This document shows positions 39,088 through 40,036 of a stretch of 40,036 nucleotides of DNA, piece by piece. The position numbers were made by a program, and so were the translations under genes. Under the pieces are notes generated by a model, which was not told the origin of the DNA, searched no databases, and saw nothing but the letters and a program-made list of their open reading frames with translations. Source of the stretch: a virus; the IMG/VR virus record IMGVR_UViG_3300045988_103585; one strand, 5' to 3'. Position 1 is the first letter of the stretch; each line of letters begins with the position of its first letter.

Positions 39088-39220
39088 AGTGGGGTCGCTA
39101 CGATGTTGGTGTGAGGTGTAAGTACTCTGTATAGGGGACACGCTCGCGCGAGTGGGGTCATTTACGATTCACCCCATCGGGCACCCTGCCGCACCCCCTG
39201 CCCTACTATATGTAGTGGTC
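39088..39220. repeat. Phased direct repeats AGTGGGGTC (39088, 39151) and degenerate AGTGGTC (39214)
   Basis: Starts are spaced 63 bp apart. The first two copies are each followed within a few nt by TACGAT. Confidence 0.7.
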
Positions 39221-39278
39221 GAGGGACAAAACAAGCGGCGGGAAAGAATAAGGGTATTTCTTCCACCGCCTACGATTA

Positions 39279-39306
39279 TTGAAATTCCAACGTTCGCAAG
39301 GATAAT
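39279..39306 (+). promoter_or_regulatory. Candidate plus-strand promoter inside the non-coding island
   Basis: TTGAAA (39279-39284), 16 nt, GATAAT (39301-39306). Confidence 0.3.
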
Positions 39307-39481
39307 GTAAAACTTTGCAACTATTCCGATAACTATGATTTAGGGAATAGTTGAGAAGAAACGAAGATGTGCCAGCGCTGTGTGGGAAGCGTGTGCCAGT
39401 CGGCTTTTTGGGCGAGAAGCATCTATATGAGCCCAACCCATCCTCGTATTCAACCGAGATTGCCCTACATTTATACGCACG

Positions 39482-39509
39482 AAAAAAGACAGCCTGTATA
39501 GAGCTGTCT
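39482..39509 (-). terminator. Rho-independent terminator downstream of the tRNA
   Basis: On the minus strand: AGACAGC-9 nt-GCTGTCT followed by TTTTTC. Confidence 0.75.
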
Positions 39510-39619
39510 GTGTAAATATAGTTTTGGTTTACTGTTTGGGGTGGTTCCTGTATGGTTTCCCCCGATTCCGGCGCCTGCCTGTCCTGTGTTCCTATATATG
39601 CCCTGTGTCGCGCCTATAA

Positions 39620-39705
39620 TGGTCGGGAATGCAGGATTCGAACCTGCTAAGCTATAAGCGTCAGATTTACAGTCTGATGTGCCTCTCCCGCTGCACTGAT
39701 TCCCG
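39620..39705 (-). tRNA. tRNA-Tyr: tRNA-Tyr (anticodon GTA), class II with a long variable arm and encoded CCA
   Basis: The reverse complement folds by eye. Acceptor CGGGAAT/ATTCCCG, D stem GTGC/GCAC, anticodon stem TCAGA/TCTGA with loop CTGTAAA, a 13-nt variable arm, T arm GCAGG-TTCGAAT-CCTGC, discriminator A, then CCA. Confidence 0.8.
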
Positions 39706-39917
39706 ATATGTGCGCGCGGTTGCGTTCATTTATCCGCGCGATAGTGTCGTTCCCCGTCTGCGTGGTTTCGGTAACACGTCCTGCGCTCCGGGGTTGTTTG
39801 TTGCAGCCGTCATTCCCCCGATCGGTGACGCTGCGTTGTTCTATGTTATCCGCCCGCCTATGGGTCGGTCATAACCGTTGCCCCCATTGCGGGGGCGTTG
39901 AAAGGAGGTCAAAAAAC

Positions 39918-40036
39918 AATGAAAAACCTGTTTGCCCAATACTATTGTACCACATTTCCATAGATTTTTTGTCCGCGGAAAGTCCGCATTTTTCAACGGT
40001 TTGCGGGTTTTGCCGAAAAAAGTTTGAAAAAAAAAT
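39918..40036. repeat. End duplication, copy 2 (identical to 1..119)
   Basis: Same 119 nt as the window start. This is either a circular-assembly overlap or terminal redundancy. Confidence 0.95.

Larger units (their letters stand above)
1..39917. mobile_element. Complete, circularly closed temperate phage genome (unit length 39,917 bp)
   Basis: The window ends are identical over 119 nt. Gene content is a full phage set: lysogeny, recombination/replication, packaging, head, tail fibres and lysis. Confidence 0.85.

Noticed and set aside
39620-39705. The tRNA as an amber suppressor explaining the in-frame TAGs.
   Set aside because: The anticodon loop reads CTGTAAA, so the anticodon is GTA (Tyr), not CTA.
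38970-39874. Track ORFs in the non-coding island: 38970..39161 (-), 39206..39436 (-) and 39629..39874 (+).
   Set aside because: - None has a Shine-Dalgarno sequence.
- 39629..39874 overlaps the tRNA.
- The translations are Pro/Arg/Ser/Cys-rich, typical of random G+C-rich sequence.
1-40036. Genome-wide reassignment of TAG (amber) to a sense codon, suggested by the in-frame TAGs at 724, 2764/2776 and 5252.
   Set aside because: - TAG ends at least a dozen well-supported ORFs. These include SSB (right after the canonical ...DEDVPF tail), RusA, ImmA, the major capsid protein, the fibre, the endolysin and the 1382-aa protein.
- The long late ORFs contain no internal TAG.
- No tRNA with a CUA anticodon is present.
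- Several TAG-terminated late genes are in frame with the next gene (33313, 30407, 29018, 21839). The intervening codons there are simply the RBS, and the count is close to the one-in-three chance expectation.

Overview
The window is one complete temperate phage genome. Bases 1-119 are identical to 39918-40036, so the unit length is 39,917 bp and the assembly closes on itself. Strong GGAGG-type ribosome-binding sites, a CHAP+SH3b endolysin, an LL-H-type holin and a large serine integrase point to a Gram-positive, probably Clostridia-like, host. This host call is inference.

Layout:
(a) 131-1679 (+): a small rightward accessory operon. It holds an RHH regulator with two palindromic operators, a J-domain-like gene broken by an in-frame TAG, and three small ORFs.
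(b) 14186 down to 1709 (-): the early operon. In order of transcription it encodes a Cro-like XRE protein, a membrane-anchored 3D-domain protein, ERF annealase, YqaJ-like exonuclease, an HNH-like protein, SSB, RusA, a replication organiser with an internal iteron/AT-rich ori-like tract, and a G39P-like loader. It continues with an amino-methyltransferase, a minimal C5-methyltransferase-like protein, a ThyX-fold protein lacking the ThyX signature, two MazG/DUF1599-like proteins, many Cys4 mini-proteins and an ArpU/RinA-like late activator.
(c) 14237-17890 (+): the lysogeny module. It holds an XRE repressor, a short ImmA-like HExxH protein, a secreted 2xFN3 protein and the serine integrase. The switch region has two consensus-like promoters facing each other.
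(d) 38956 down to 20183 (-): the late operon. It encodes TerS, TerL, portal, scaffold, capsid, adaptor, large tail proteins, fibre, a Kelch propeller, a PG-binding protein, a 1382-aa protein, the endolysin, three membrane or holin proteins and a sigma-region-4-like protein. No tail tube, sheath or tape-measure set is present, so the virion looks podovirus-like.
(e) 20077 down to 18045 (-): a terminator-bounded five-gene cassette of unknown function next to the integrase.
(f) 38957-39917: about 0.95 kb of visibly G+C-richer, highly structured non-coding DNA carrying a class-II tRNA-Tyr(GTA).

The most interesting candidates are the five-gene cassette, the putative nucleotide-modification cluster, the convergent-promoter switch and the structured tRNA-bearing non-coding island. 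All family assignments are motif recognition from memory. No searches, folding or statistics were run.
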